Source of the DNA: Cyanophora paradoxa CCMP329
Taxonomy: Eukaryota; Plantae; Glaucophyta
DNA: 64,000 nt
Assembly (NCBI GenBank): GCA_004431415.1
Contig: QPMI01000005.1
Location: forward strand, 496,001-560,000
Direction: 5' to 3'
The notes under the pieces are model-generated. The model saw only the letters and a list, made by a program, of their open reading frames with translations. It ran no database searches and had not been told where the DNA came from. Positions 34,828 to 49,800 of the stretch are shown piece by piece. How positions within the stretch are numbered: the stretch's first letter is position 1; every line of letters starts with the position of its first letter. Position numbers and translations under genes: made by a program.

Positions 34828-37800
34828 ATGGCTCGAACTTGCGGTACGAATTCGACGTCGACGGCGGGGTCCTTCTCGCGATTATGGCCATCATCCGCCC
34901 CCACGGTTAGGCCGCAGCTGCAGCCGCGCTCAATCTTAAGCTTGCCGTCATCGGTCTCCGTGATCGCTCGCGGTCGCGGTCGGGGGCGCCGTGCGCGGAT
35001 CGGCGAAGCCGGCGCCGCCCCGGCCGCCTTAGGCCTGCTGCTGGCCGCCGTGGCCATCCTCTCCATACTCTTCGCTGCGACATGTACAGCCGCCCCCAGT
35101 GCGTGCCCGCGCCCGCCCTAGCTGATCTAGGCCTCCTGACTTAAACCAAATCCCCCGACTCGGCGAGCCCGGCCCGAGTTTGCCGTCGGCCAGCTGCGGA
35201 CGCCCCAGCATATATGCATGCATTCGCGTCTAGATTTGGCGCCGGACCGCGCTGCGACCGCCCAGCCTTAGGGCCTGGTGTGCCGCGCGCCCTTCTAGAT
35301 CTAGCCCCGACGACCGTACCGCGCTCACGGAGCGCGCGCGCCCTGTTGTTATGTTAGACGGAATGTTAACGGACGCGCGCGCAGCCTTCACGAGCAGCGA
35401 GACGGCCGCCGGCTTCTTCGGGGCGACCTCCGCCTTCGACGTGCAGCAGACGGGGAGCGCTAGCCCCCTGGACCTGCAGCTCCTGGCGCTCAGCAACGAC
35501 GGGCAGCAGCCGGCGTTCGCGTACGTGGCAAGCATGCAGGCGGGGCCGGCCACGGGCGACGCCGTCGGCAACAAGCTGCGCGTGTACCAGCTCAACGTCT
35601 CGACGGGGGCGGCCACGGGCCAGACGGGGCGCTCTTCGGACATCCCCAGCATGGTCGTCACGCGCATGTGCGTCGTCTCTCACTCGGCGGCGCCCGCGTC
35701 GGACCTCGTGTTCCTCTTCGGCCGGACGGTCTCGACCCCGGCCTACACGGCCTCGGTCGAGCGGTTCAAGCGGGACGGCACGGGCCGCGACACGAGCTTC
35801 GCCATGAGCGCGCTGCCCAACAGCGGCGGGCCCGGGGCCGACGAGGTGCCCATGCTTGACGCGTCTCTACGTTTCATCTTCAGCTGATTCCATCGGGCCC
35901 GGCCGCCGGGCCCGCGCAGTACGTGACGGACTGCGCTGTGGTGGGCCAGCTCGGCAGCGGGACCGCCTTCGCCGTCTTCATCACGACCATGCGGCTCGTG
36001 ACGGGGGCCGACCCCTACGGCGGCGGTCTCTACCGCCTCGCGGTGCGCTCTAACCTCAAGTATATATTTTTTAAAAACAGGATTCGAGCCTTGTCGCCTT
36101 AGCTAGCTAAAGGCTACTCTAATCTGACGTCGACGCGCCTGCAGTTCTTCGACGTCGCCCAGCCCACCTCCGTCTCGATCACCAAGGTTTTCGACGCGGC
36201 CACCATCCTGCCACAGGGCGGGAAGCCCCTGCTCCAGGCCCGCCCGCCCTCCTCTCCCTTTGCTCCTTATATACTTTTCTTCTAAGAAAACTTTACGCCC
36301 GCGTAGGTGTCCCGGTTCCCGAACGCTGCGGGCACCGCGAACAGCCTCTTCATCCTGCAGGGCCGCTTCACCCGGCAGGGCTCCCAGGGCGGCGAGAACC
36401 AGTGAGCCGTGCCCTCGCGCGCCTTCGCGACAAAGTCCGACAGGGCCGACAGGGCCGACAACACGATCATCCGCTGCACGGGCGCGCAGGGCGTCCCCTC
36501 CTGCAGCGCCTACCGGGGGTCCGACCCTGCCCCGCCCCTATCTTGAATTGGTTTAAAACAGCTGAGGCTCACGCGTGCCCCGGGCCGGGGATCCGCAGCT
36601 GGACGGTTCCGGGCACGGGCGGCTTGAGCTCCGGCTCCGTCGGCCGTTTCGCCCTAACTCCGGACCGAGACGGCTCCACTCCGGTCCGCCCCGCAGCTTC
36701 CCGTTCCGATCCCGAGTCCCTCGCCTGACGTCGACGGGCCGCCCTTGAATCGAACCCAGACCATGTATCTGGGCATCCAAGGCTTGGCCCCGTACGTGCC
36801 GGCCGCGGCGCGCAGCCTCCGCTACATCCAGACGAGCGGCATCTTCGGCGGGACCGTTTCTCTCACGCCCGCGCCCGCCTCCGGCGGGACCCTCGCCGAC
36901 GGCGAGTGGATCCCCTTCGTCGAGTTCACGAGGTGCCCTCTCCAGTTATCCGCGATCGTATTTCTTCTTGTTCGGCGCTGACGGCCTTGGTCCGCATGCG
37001 CAGCAACCCGTCGTTCGCCGTGACTGTCGTGTCGAAGACGGTCGCGTGCACCTACGCGGACGCGATGTGCAGCCCGGGCTGCACGGGCTCCTGCGCCCAG
37101 AAATGGTACCGCGCCCTCTCAGAGAATGAAAGCCCCAGATTTCCGCGAAATTGACGCGAGCGCGCACCTGCAGGCAGGGCGGCCAGTCCCGCGTCGAGAT
37201 CTACGATCTGGGCAACAAGCAGCGGGTCGCGGACCTACAGATCACCGACCTGGCCGGGCACGGCCCCACCGACCCCAGCAACACCGTCCAGGCCACCGCG
37301 TCCGCGAGCCGCTCGGCCTCGGGGTACAGCCACGTCGTCTATCTCCTGTACCCCGGCAAGCTCGTCTCGGTTACCATCCTGCCGCGTCCGCCCCCTTCCG
37401 CCCTTGTCTGATTCGCGATCGCGGCTGCCCGCACTCACCGTCATGATCATCCGATTCGCAGCGACGGCCGCTGTTACCGCCCCCGCCGTACAGAGTCGCA
37501 GCGCTCTGACTCCCGGATCCAAGTGCGCGTCTTGCTGGACTATCGATTCCGCACTGCGGCAGCAAATCTGAAATTTAAACCTACCCGCAGGTACACCTTT
37601 TCCTGGACCTTTACAGGCTTCGCCTCGAGCTACAAGGTCGCGATCAAGTCCCTGGCCTACTCCGTGTGGGGCAACCAGGAGAGCACCAGCACCGTGGGCT
37701 CCGGAGTCGCCTAGTGCGCCCCGCCCCGCCCCGCCCGGCTGCGCCCTAGACCTAGATCTCCGGCTCCGCGCGCCCCGGGCCCTGCTCTCGTTTCCTGGGC

Positions 37801-40800
37801 TCAACCGCGCGCGCCGCAGCTGGGGATTTAACCGGGCCTTTACGCTCGAGAACGTCAACCTCCAGCCCTGCGCCATTGTCGCCCCGAGTGCGTACCCCCG
37901 CTGTAGACTTTGAACCCGAGTTGTGTGATTATCATACTGCCACTCTGCAGACGGCCAGCTTGCGCTCTCGATCAACGTTCCCGACTACGGCGATTCATTC
38001 TCGGCAGTGACCGTTGCCTTGAACACATCCGCTACGGGTCTGAATCGTTTTTGTACCCGTGCATCCGCTACGGGCCTGAATCTGATCGCGAATTCGCCGG
38101 CAGCGCTCAACCTGTACCAGTACCCGGCCCAAATGTACTACCCCCAGTACGGGGAATTCGTGTACTGGACGTACCGCGGCCCGACGGTCACTGTCAAGGC
38201 TGTCCTGTACCTCGAGAGCCCCGCTACGGTGCGCCGCTTCCGAAATCCTTGCAATGTTTGTATATATTGGCCCGGCGGTCTCTGATTTTGCGATTGCGCC
38301 TCAGGCTATCGACCTGTCGGTGCCGTTTGCGCTCTCCGCGGCCACGACCTGCGCCATTCCGTCTGCGCGCTTCCCCGTCCCGAACGCCGCGGCCGGCGGG
38401 GGCTACCAGATCCAGTTCGTCGACGTCAGCACGGGCTTCTCGGTGGGCCAGACGGGCACGATCACGCTCAGCAACGTGAACGTGCAGACGAGCGGCCTCA
38501 GCCTCCGCGGCACCCTCCGTGCGCCTCTCGTTTCTGCTTTGCATTCTTCTATTCTTCAACCCGGCCCGCGTCTAACGCTGAGCGCAGCCGTCACTGTGAC
38601 GGAGCCGAACGCGAACAGCGTCGCCCTCATTCCTTCGACGAACGGCAATGTCACCGTGACCTTCTCGTCGGGCCTTACGTACGGCGTCTTCGCCAGAGTC
38701 TCACTCTACTCCGCCTCGACCAACGCCGCCGTCCAGCGCCTCATCGCTAACATCACCGGTGACTTGCCTCACTTTCTTGATTAAATTATATTTAAGCTGC
38801 AGGATTCTAATATACCCGCTATGTCAGTGCCCGGCAACGGCCAGTCCTCCACGGTGGTCGCGCCCATCTCGTTCGACGGCCTCGCGACGGGCCTGTACTT
38901 CATCGGGATCGTGGACGTCCCCAGCGGGACGACGTTCTACGGCGCTTCGTCCTCCTTCACGCTCGTCGCCGGCTCGACCGGCATCGAGATCACCGCGCCC
39001 GCCGCCGGCGCCACGGTCAACGTCAATGCGCCCTTCGCGGTCTCGTTCCGCTCGCCGCTCACGGTGTCGCTCAACGCCCGCCTCGAGCTCGTCCCGGCGT
39101 CGGCGCCCGCCGGCCCGGCCGCCCGCATGCTCTCGTCCTTCCTCAGCGTCGGCCCCGGCGAGTCCTCCACGCAGTCCTTCACGATTCTCACCGAGCAGCT
39201 CGCGGCGGGCCAGTACGTCGCGCGCCTCGTCTCTCCGTACACGTCCGACGTCTACGCCACCGGACCGTCCTTCAACTACGTGGACCCGGGGCGCCAGTAC
39301 CTGTCGAGCGTCATCTACGACCCGCTCGTGCTGCTCACGCCCAACGACGTGCTGCTGCTCGCCCAGCGCGCCACGGGCCACACGCTCCGCGGTGTCGAGC
39401 TCATCACGGAGGACCCGACGCCGGCCACGACCACCAACGTCCGCCGCAACACCGTCCGCCTGGACTGGGGCTTCGGAGCGACCGCTCTCGCGGTTAGCGG
39501 CTCTCTGCAAACTATTTACGATCCGCGCTTGCTCGTCTGGGTTCACGAGCTCGAGTCGTGCAGGCCTACCAGCGCTGGGTCACCTTCATCCAGACAGGCG
39601 ACGCGACGTACGGCAGGGGCGTCTACCAGGTCTTTCAGTTTCACCATCCGTCTTTCGAAAACGATGTATTCCATGCTGATGACATTCGACGTCGACGCCT
39701 CAGATTAACATCAATGACGGAGGCTACGTCTACAATCCTGGATTCACCTTTACCGGCTCGCAGCTGCCGAACCCCGTGCTCGCCACGTTCCGCTTCGATC
39801 CCGCCGTCATCACGTGCGCGGCTTTTCTTCAGATTAAACAATAGCGAGACATCTCCGCTGATAGCCTTTAATATTTGCAGCACGAGCGGCATTGTTAGCT
39901 TCGTTGCAACCAAGTCCGGCGTCTATCCATCCGTCCTCTCCACAGTGACGCAGGTCGAGCGGCGCCGCTCGCTCCTCCAGTTCGGCATCGACGAGGCGCG
40001 CTTCAGCTTCGGCCAGCTCGAGAGCTCCCAGACCGTGCGCGGAATCATTCAAAACCTTTGCGCTGAAGCTTTTGTTAATATCACTGGTGTTCAGGCCTCC
40101 ACGCGAATTGGAGAACTTATTTCGGCCGGCGACTCCTCCGCGAACGGTATCTACAGCATGCAGGTGCGCCATAGCTACAAGCTCACGGAGCCGAGCCCAG
40201 CCCGAGCCATCGTCTTGCGATTCGACCGTTTCCCTCGCAGGTCGACCAGACGACTTACACGAACCCCAACTTCAAGTTCCAGAACTCCGTCGCCTTCGGC
40301 GGCCTCTCCCGCAACTGGACCGCGTCGCTCGACCTCGCGCCCTCCGCCACGGACAACACGCTCGCAGCCAACCCGTTCGGCCTCGCCGCCGCCAGCGCCT
40401 CCTACCTAATCGCCGCCTCCACGTCGGGCCCGACCACCATCAGCGTCGTCCGCACGGACGGAGAGGCGGACGTCCGCCTGGGCACGGCGAGCGTTGGGGA
40501 CTCGACGGGGCGCGCCGTGTGTCTCGCGACGCTCCCCACTCTGCGCTCGGCGAAGTCCGGGCCCGAAGTCTTCGTGGGCTACAACCCGGCTGTCTCCGAG
40601 GGCGGCACCGTCTTCGCCAAGTACCAGTTCGCCTCGGCGGGCGGCTGGACTTCGCCGTCGGCCACGTCGATCCTGAGCTCCCAGAGCGTCGCGGGCGGCG
40701 TGACGGCCTGCGCGGCCACTGGCACCGGCGAGTCGGCCGTCGTCGTCGTCGGCACCGCCAGCGGCGCCGCGTACGTCGTCACCGGCGGCAGCGATCAGCT

Positions 40801-43800
40801 CGCCGTCCGGCAGGTCATCACGCCGGGCCAGGGCGCCAAGGCCATCGCACTCGCCGCGGTCTCCCCCGCCACCTCGTCCTCCTCGACGGTCTACCTCCTC
40901 CAGAGCGACGTCGGCGGCGAGACGTGCAACGCCGCCAGCGGCGACGTCACCCTGTGGCACGTCCAGCGCACCGGCGACCCGCGCAGCTTCCAGGGCTCCC
41001 TCCCCAACGAGTGCCCCAAGCAGCTGGCCGTGCGCTCTCTTCTCTCATGTTAAATAGAAAGCGCCTGAGGCTCACATTCTTATCAGGTCCCTGTGGACGA
41101 GGCGATCGCGTACCTCCTGACGTCAAGCGGGAACCTGTACCGGGTCAGCCTTGCACGTTCTATCGCATCGTTTTATTCAGCCTAATTCTAATTATAACTT
41201 TATGCTGCGATCTATCTATCTCACCAATGCACTCTCGCGATCAGGTCACGCTCTCCTCGGCCCTGTTCAGCCTCGTGCTCTCGGGCATGCCGACGCAGGG
41301 CGAGAAGGCCGTCTCGGCGGCCTACTTTTTCAGCCGCTCGTACGTCCTGCTCGCCGTCCAGAGCCCCGGCGACCGCACCGCCCGCCGCGTCGTCCTCTTC
41401 GACGCGAAGAACGCCACTCTCATCGCCGACGGCTCTGCCTCCGTCGGCGGCCCGCTCGCCGCCGAGTCGGGCACGCCCTTCACGGACCCCGTCGCGCTCG
41501 CCGCGGCGCTGCCCTCCGCCGGCGACCTCGGCAAGTGGCCCGTCCGCGCCTTCCACGTCGTGACCGGCCGCCACGCGCTCCGCTACGCCGTCGGGTCGGG
41601 ATCGGTCGTCATCCGTGCGCGCCTTGCTTCTTGAATATTAAGATCTGGATGAATACATTTCGAGATACGAATCCGAACGCGTCGAACGTTTACAGGCCAG
41701 GTGGATATCGCGGGCCGCGGGAGCGTCTCCCCCAACACGGTCACCTCTGTCTCCCTCTACTCCCAGATGCGGGTGCGGTCTATTAAGAACGCTTCTGCTG
41801 TACCCCAAGGCGCGCTCAATCGCATTGTTTCTAGGTTTCCTACATCATCGGAGGCTTTGTGAACGCGCTTCAGCTCAACGTGATCAACGTCGCCAACGGC
41901 CGCCCCATTTACTCCCAGCAGGTGTGGAGCCCCGTATTCTCTTATAATTATCCTCCGCGGCGCTTAAAATGCAACTTTGCAGGTCACTGTGAACGCGAAC
42001 CCGAACAAGCCCCGTGGCAAGGCGTCGGTCACGCTCGACGCCCCTCCGCTCGCCGCTGGCGGTCAGCCTTCAAATTCCGCAAGATTGCGAATGCAACATG
42101 ATTGCTGAAAGCTTTCTCGCAGCGCGCGTGAAGCTGCAGGTCTGCGTGGTCGACGAGGATCCGTCCACGGGCTGCTCGACCCACAGCAGCACGCTCGTCC
42201 TCTACGACAACAACGGCCGTCCGTCCCATTCATGATTTAATAAGATAAGATCGCCGCTTTTGAAGCTGACGTTTTCTTTAAATGGTAGGCTCCTACTCGC
42301 CCGCGACGCCCTTCTCGCTGCGGGCCACGGGCCAGCGCTCCTCGGTAACGGGCGCGCTCTCTGGCATAATCGACGGCATCCCGATTGAGGTCGGGCTTCT
42401 CTTATGAACATCCAGTATTAGGTTTTTGTTCGCCTAAATATTTCGTGCAGGTCAATGCGCTCGCAAACGTCTTTGAGGCCAACGACACTGTCTCCGGGTG
42501 CGCTGCTTATCATGAAGACACAAGCGCTAGCGGCTCTTAAGTATATAAGCTTCCTGCAATTTATTCCGACCCATATGCGCAGCCAAGTCATCGACGGATT
42601 CAGCCAGTCGACGGTCCTGCGCGCCAAGTGGAACGCGGGGAAAGAGCCCACGATCCCGGCGCGCACGCTTGCGATCACTTTCGTCGGCTCTGCACAGGAG
42701 TGGTTCATCCGCAGCATTTCCAGTGCGCAAGCTTACGAGCTACCTGTAGCCTCTTGTTCTTCTTATAATTGGTTTCAACGTACTTTTAGTTACGGACTCG
42801 ACGGGCGAGGAGGTCTCCGTCCTGGCCGGCTACTTCTCGCAGAGCCCCGCGCAGAATGGCGCCGGCTCCGCAGTCGGCGCTTCGCTCGGCTCGTCGGTCG
42901 ACTGCCGGTGCGTCGATGAATGTCAGCGAATGTTACGAATTCATCAAATCGCTGACATGATATCGCGCAGGCTTATGAACCTCACTCTCCCCAGCAGCCG
43001 CGGCTGGGTCGCGCTGCACGGCTTCTCGACGTGGGCCTTCGCGCAGCCGACGGGCATCCGCCAGCTCGGCTGCTCCTCCACGCAGGAGTGCGTCGTCGTC
43101 CGCGCCTCGACCCCGGGCTACTTCCAGGTCTCCTGCCCAGCGGCCCAGGCTTGTGCGCATTCGCATTCAAAATCCACGCAAAGCTCTTTAATAAAAAGCG
43201 CCTCACTACCTGCCGTGCAGCGACTGTCACCGTGCGGTACGATCCGGGGCAAACGAGCCAGGCGGACGTCGTCAGCTCGGCCGGCCGCGCTACCGGCTCC
43301 TCGCCGTCGGCGCTGCGGCGCCGGAGCGTCCTCGCGGACGCGCTGCTCGAGGTGGACGGCGCGGACACCGACGATGCGCGTGCAGAGCCCGTCGTGGTCG
43401 GCCGGCGCCAGCTCCTGCAGTCCACCGCGACCACCGGCTCGACAGTCACGCTTAACTTCGGCGCCGGCCCCGCCGCCGTCTCTGTGAGCCTCGTCGCACT
43501 TGTTCTGCGCATGCACTGCTTCGCTCACGAAAGCTTTGCAGGCCTCGCAGAACTACGCGCTACAGGTCACGCAGGGCACGCAGACGGGCGTGCAGGGCGC
43601 CTCGGTCGCTGGAGCCGCCGAGCTCGTCAACCCGCTCAACCCGCCCTGTGCGCCCGTCAATTTCGAGGACTTTCTATTCTGCGCCTGCGCTCATTATGGC
43701 TTTGCAGCCGGCATCTGGACGCAGATCGCGGCGACCAACGAGCACTTCACACACGCCTGCACGATCGGCAGCACGCTCTACGCCCTCTCGACCTCGCTGA

Positions 43801-46800
43801 GCGCCACATCCGTGCCGCTCCGCCAGCGGCCGTACACGACGTACCCGTCGACGTGGTCGTACCTCACGCCAGGGGCATTCTCCGCTATTCAGGGATCCGT
43901 CGTCTGCGTCGACTCTAACATTTACGGTCCGCCCACGCGATTCAGCGTCGCTGCTGAATTTACTCGCCGAATGACGCGACTTCGTCAGTGTTTGGCGGCG
44001 TACGCTCCAACGCGCTAAACGTGTACGATACTGTGAACAGCGCCTGGAGCGCCGTTCCCGTCGTCGGCTCGTCCCCGTCCGCGCGCTCCGGCGCCACCGC
44101 CGTCCCAGCAACCAACTCGTTCGTTGTCGTGTTCGGGGCCAACGTCGACGGCGCGGGCATCAACGAAGTCTGGAAGTGCGGCATCAAGATTTCTTTCAGA
44201 ATGAAGGCTTTATAATTTACTAATATGTGATCCGACGTCTACATTGCTCATGATCAGGTTCGATATCTCGTCGTCGACGTGGAGCCAGCTGGCCGCTACG
44301 GGAGAGCGCCCCGCGGGACGACTCGGGGCGACCGCCATCTCGATCGGTCGCACGAGCGCGTACGTCTTCGGCGGCCAGTCGGCTCTCGCCGGGGGGACGT
44401 ACTACAACGACCTCTGGCTCCTGAACACGAGTGCGCAATGCCATTCTTTTTGCCAAGTTGTTTCGCGTCTTTTTGTTAATGTAATTAATACGGTTTTCAG
44501 ACACCGGCGCCTTCTCCAAGCCGCGCGTCGCCGAGTCGCCCGCCCCGCCGGGGGCGCGCTCCTTCGCCGCCGGCACGCTCTCCTCGGACGGCGGCCAGCT
44601 GTACGTCAGCGGCGGCTACAACGCCGCTGGCGTCGCGGACGTGGACAAGGTCTTCGTGTACAGTATCACGCAGGGCAACTGGGCGACCGTGCGCGATCTT
44701 CATATAGCTTTCCTTTCTTGGTATTCACAGCGGAATTGAAGCGTATTTTTCTGCTTTCAGGTGACGCCGTTCGGGACCCGGGCGTCGTGGCCTGCCCCTG
44801 CGACCTCCTCGCCCAGCGTCTTCGGGATCGGAGCGGCGACCTACCAGGTGACAAACTTAAGAACTTAAAGCTCTTGCTAGTTTCTATTGTTTTATCTCTA
44901 AATGTGCTTCAGGGAGTGACCTACCTCACGGGCACCTCCTCCATCGTCTCGTACTCGCTCTCGACGCTGCCGAACGTCTCGCCGTACGTTCCGCCTGGCA
45001 CCATCATGTCCAACCCGGGTGAGCTTGCTTCTTTCTTGATTTATTCATCTCGCTCTTCTCTTTCTAAGCTTCGAGCTCGAGCAGCCGTGACCTTCCCCAC
45101 CTCGAGCTCGGTCCTCCTTGCTGGGGCCTCCTACACGTTCTCGGTGCGGTGTTGCAAGCGCATTCTAGGATCTATAGTTTCAGCTATCTTGCGTATAAAC
45201 CTGACGCTGTCTCTAGTGGACTAGCGGCTCGGCGACCTACACGACCGCATCTGTCAACCTGTACCAGTCGAATCGCAATTACTCTGTGGTGCGCACGCAG
45301 CAGACTCAAGCCACTGATCAAGAGCGCAAGCGCATAGACTGTCTTTTATTAAATTTTGCCGAAATCAAGCATCCGAGCGCAGAACATCTATTCCGGCTCG
45401 AACCTGGGCTTCACGCGCGCCACGATCCCGTCTAACCTCATCAGCAGCACCTACCTGGTCCGGATCCAGCTCAGATTCTAATAACTATCATACATTCTGC
45501 AGTGCGGCGGCGCTGAATTCGGACCGCGCAGCTTGAAATCATCTTGACAGGGTCCTCCAGCCCGAGCCTCGTCCTCACTAGCCCGCTCTTTACCATCACG
45601 ACGAGTGCGCCGACGTTGTTTGAAGATCGAAGCTCGTCGAACATTTATATTAATCACCATGCGCTTCAGACGCCGCGTCCATCGTCTCCCTGGTGGTCAC
45701 GTCCCCGTCCTCGACTGCCCTCCGGCCCGTGCTCGGGCAGACGCTCTCGATCACCTGGTACACCGTCGGTATCGTGCGTGTTCTGGTTTCGAGTCGACGT
45801 TTCCTTCGAATTTATCAAAGCGCGCGCGACTTAACTTCTATGTCTTTTAGGTCGGCGGGCACACGGCCAAGGTCTCGCTGCTTCCGATAACGACCGGCAC
45901 GACTTCCACCGTGCGCGCAATCCGCTCCTGTCGCTATGCTGTTTAATTTGAGACGTCGATCCGCTTAATAAGCGTGCGACAGATCGCCGAGTCCGTCGTG
46001 TCGTCCTCTTCGTACAGCTCGTACAGCTGGAGGATCGCAGGGGTCTCGCCAGGCTCCTATCGGTGCGCGTCCTCGGCTCTTAAGGTTCCGGCTCGGTTCT
46101 GAACTCGGCGATATGCGTCGCGCAGAATCGTCGTCGAAACAAACGGCACCATCGGCCAGAGCTCTGCGTTTACAATCCTCCGTGCGTGGCGGCCTCGAAG
46201 GCGGGCGGCTCGCTCGTGTCTCTTTGGCTGAGACGCGCCGTTCGCGCCACTTTGCGCAGCCTACCTTCTCACCGTCTCTCTGTCGACTTCTTCAGTGCTG
46301 AACTACGGGACGGCGTACACTGTCACTGTCAGCGCGAGCAACGCGAACGGAGTTGTCGCGCAGGTCCGCAAGGGTCCTCGAACGACATGTCTGCTGTTCG
46401 ATTTATGATGCTTTCCGTTCGCAGAGGCCGGCGCAGCTCTCTCTTCTGGCGTACCCCTCGGGAGCCATCGCGCAAGTTCTCAACGCCTCGTTGGCGCTGG
46501 CGAGCTCTAGCGACAACACGACTGCCACCGGTGATCATGAGATGCGATAGATATCGCGAAGAAGAATTGTTTGCGTTGCACCACACTGATTTCCGAATTT
46601 CAATCGTAGGGACATTCTCGTGGACGCCCGGGCAGGACACGCAGGGCGGCACGTACGTATTGCAGGCGGACGTCGCGGCCGACCAGGCAAGCGGCCAGTC
46701 GGTCGCGTTCTGCGTCGGCTCTGCTTCCCAGTGCCCCGGTGAGCAATGGAGTTTCTCAGCGCTTTTTAGGTCTTATTCGAATTCTGGATCTGATTTGCTT

Positions 46801-49800
46801 TAATTTCGCAGCCTCGTACACGTTCACGAACCCGATCGCGACGTCCGTCGTCACCACCGGGAGCTACTTCACCGTCGCGTGGTCCTCGGTCTTCGTCCCG
46901 TCCTCCACGCCACTCGCGATCTCGCTCGTCAGCCAGTCCGACTCCGGCAGCCGCACTCTGGTGAGCTCAACCTGTAATTCGGCAGCGCTGCGCTTAGTTA
47001 ATTTGTTGCTTGCTTACTTTATTGCAGCTGGTTACCACCACGGCGGGGGCCGGAAGCTTCCTGTGGGTCGTCAGCCCCTCCATTGCCTCGGGCTCGTACC
47101 AGATCCAGCTGTCTTCGACGGTCAATGGGGCCGAGGTCATTGCCAACAGCGCAACCGTGATCGTTGACCGCCCAGGTACGAAACGCGCCCCGATTACAAT
47201 CTTCGAGATTCTGCGCGCCGCGCTCACTTCGCCGGCAGTGGCGTATGTGTACGTCACCTCGCCGCTGGCGGGCGCAACCTACCGCAGCGGGGCGACGATT
47301 CCGATCCGTTGGGACGCCACGACCCTGGGCGACTACAGCACGGTCGTCCTCCGCCTCTTCCGGAGCACATCCCTCACTACTGCTGCCTACGTGAGCTTTA
47401 ATTTGTATTTAGCTCCAATCGAGTCCTGCCAGTCTCCCGTGCCGGCAGCTGATGGCGATTCCGTTGCAATAATTGTGATCAGGTGATCGCACTTGCGGCG
47501 CCGAACATCGGCTACTACAACTGGATCGTCGGCACAAACGTCCCGAGCGGCAGGTGTGTTAAGGTTTGTGTATTATTTTCTTTTCTTCTTCTGATCCTGT
47601 TCAATTCCAGTTATTATGTTGAGATCGCTGTGAACAATTACCAGTACACAAGCCGCAGCCTCGTCTACAACATCATCGGTACTTGAGCTTTCTGCGGTTT
47701 CGATCGTTTGCTTTTGAACCCGCTGCAGGAACGGCCTCCTCGTTCGCGCTTCAGAGCATCCCGACGCTCATTGTCGGCCAGCGGTATACCTTCCGCTGGA
47801 GCGCGACGGGCGTCCTGCCGGGCGACAACGCGCAGCTTTACTACAGCTTGACCAGCTCCGGCCGCAACGCCACTGTGCGCCCGCATCTACCTAAGCTCGG
47901 CGTCAACGTTCGCGGCCAGCTCAGCGGCTCTAATCACGCCGCATGCGCAGTTCGGCACGGTCGTCGCCGGGGACGAGTACTTCTCGGCTCTCATTGATTT
48001 GAGCCCGGGGAGCTACACCGCTATTCTCGTATCGGACACTACGAGAGGCACCATGCCCTTCCAGGTCGTCGCCGGTGCGAATACAGAGCTCATCTTCGCA
48101 TTCTCTCGCAATTGCCGAACGCTGCACAACAGCGCCCACTACGCCGGACGTATGCCTTGGCGTGGCCCCGACTGTTCGTGCTCAAGTTTCCTTTGCTGGC
48201 GTTGGTACGTTAAGTCTGGGGAGCTGAAGGTTTCTCTGTCTTACAACTGTGTGTCCGCAGCCACCGGGACCGACATCGTTCTTGAAATGCCCCGCTCGCG
48301 TGTGACGCTGGAGGCGTCGACGAGCACGACGTGCGACGGGCGACCCGTGACCAGCTACCTGTGGCGCGAGATCAATCCGATGGACACGAACCGGCCCACG
48401 CGCATCGCCAGCCCGAACTCGGCGTCCACCACCGCCTCCCGGTCCGGCACTGCGGCAGCGCCGTTCTTCTTCTTACTTTCAGTTCTCTGCGCCGCTGCAT
48501 GCTGATGCTTGCGATCGGTCCTTCAGGCTCCGCGTCGGCGTCACGACGTACCAGCTGTTCGTGGCGGACCGGCTCGGCCAGTCCAGCGTGGCGCAGGTCA
48601 CGGTCACGATGACACACCGCACGCGCATCACCACGACCGTCTGCACGACGTCGCTGTCGCTGGCGGACTTGACCGCCCAGGCCGCCAACCGCTCGACGGA
48701 GATCGCCGCGTCGCTGGCGTCCACCTTCTCGGCGTACCTGAAGCAGACCGTCCAGCCCGTCGCGATCTCCAACCTGCGGGTCATCAACTGCGTCGGCAGC
48801 CGGCGCCACCTCTCGCAGGCCGCGCCCGTCGGCGTCAATTTCCAGTTCCCAGCCATCCTCGGCGTGACGGGGACGGACGTGAGCGCGCTCCTGCAGGCGA
48901 TGCCCGCGACTGCCCTCTCGGGGGCCCTCGGGACCATCGGCATCACCAACGGCGCGCCTGTCTCGGTCGCCACCCCCGGCACATGTGCGCCACCGCCGGC
49001 TACTCTGCTCTTCTGCGGCTGTCTGCGCATGCGTTGACCCGATCCTCGCGCAGTTAACGCGCCGCCGACCACGCCCCTCATCTCCTTCGACCCGCCAACT
49101 CGCTCCTTTTACGCGCAAGTCGACAAGTCGACGGGTCGCGCCAGCGTCGCAGTCACAGGCGCCGCCAACGACGTTGCTCCAGGCATCATAGCCTCGTACG
49201 AGTGGTACCTGAACGGCGTCTTCGTCGCCGAGACCACGACGCCCTCCTACACCTTCTCTCTCCCGGTGGGCACCCAAGTGATCCGCCTGACGGCCGTCGA
49301 TGACCAGAACGAATACGCCGACTCGGCCGGGTGCGCTTCACGTCTCTCTTCTCTTATATTAAATACTAAACAGCTCCTACTTGCAACGCCAGCCTCGTGG
49401 TCTACGTCGTGAATGAGTACAACTGCAACGTCGGCAAGGACATCGTTTTCGTCCTCGACTCGGCGACCTCCGCGGCGTGCGTATCTCTATCTAATTATAA
49501 GCCCGGCTTCTCTCCCTGCTTAAATTCGAGCAGGAACTACGCCATCATGCAGTCCTTCATGCAGCGCGTCCTCCGGCCTTTCTGGCTGGTGCGCTATCGG
49601 ACCCTTCGCAATCATTCCAACTTCGCCTGACCTTCGGTGCGCGCAGGCGTCGACAACGTCGTCAACGTCGGCGGCCTCGCCCTCGTTCGCCGCCGTCGTC
49701 CGCTACGGCTCCCCCGCAGGCGACGCCAGGTCCACGCCTACTTTCAGCAAACTGAAAAGAATGTCGATCTGAAAGAGGCTGACGCGCGCTTTCGAATTCA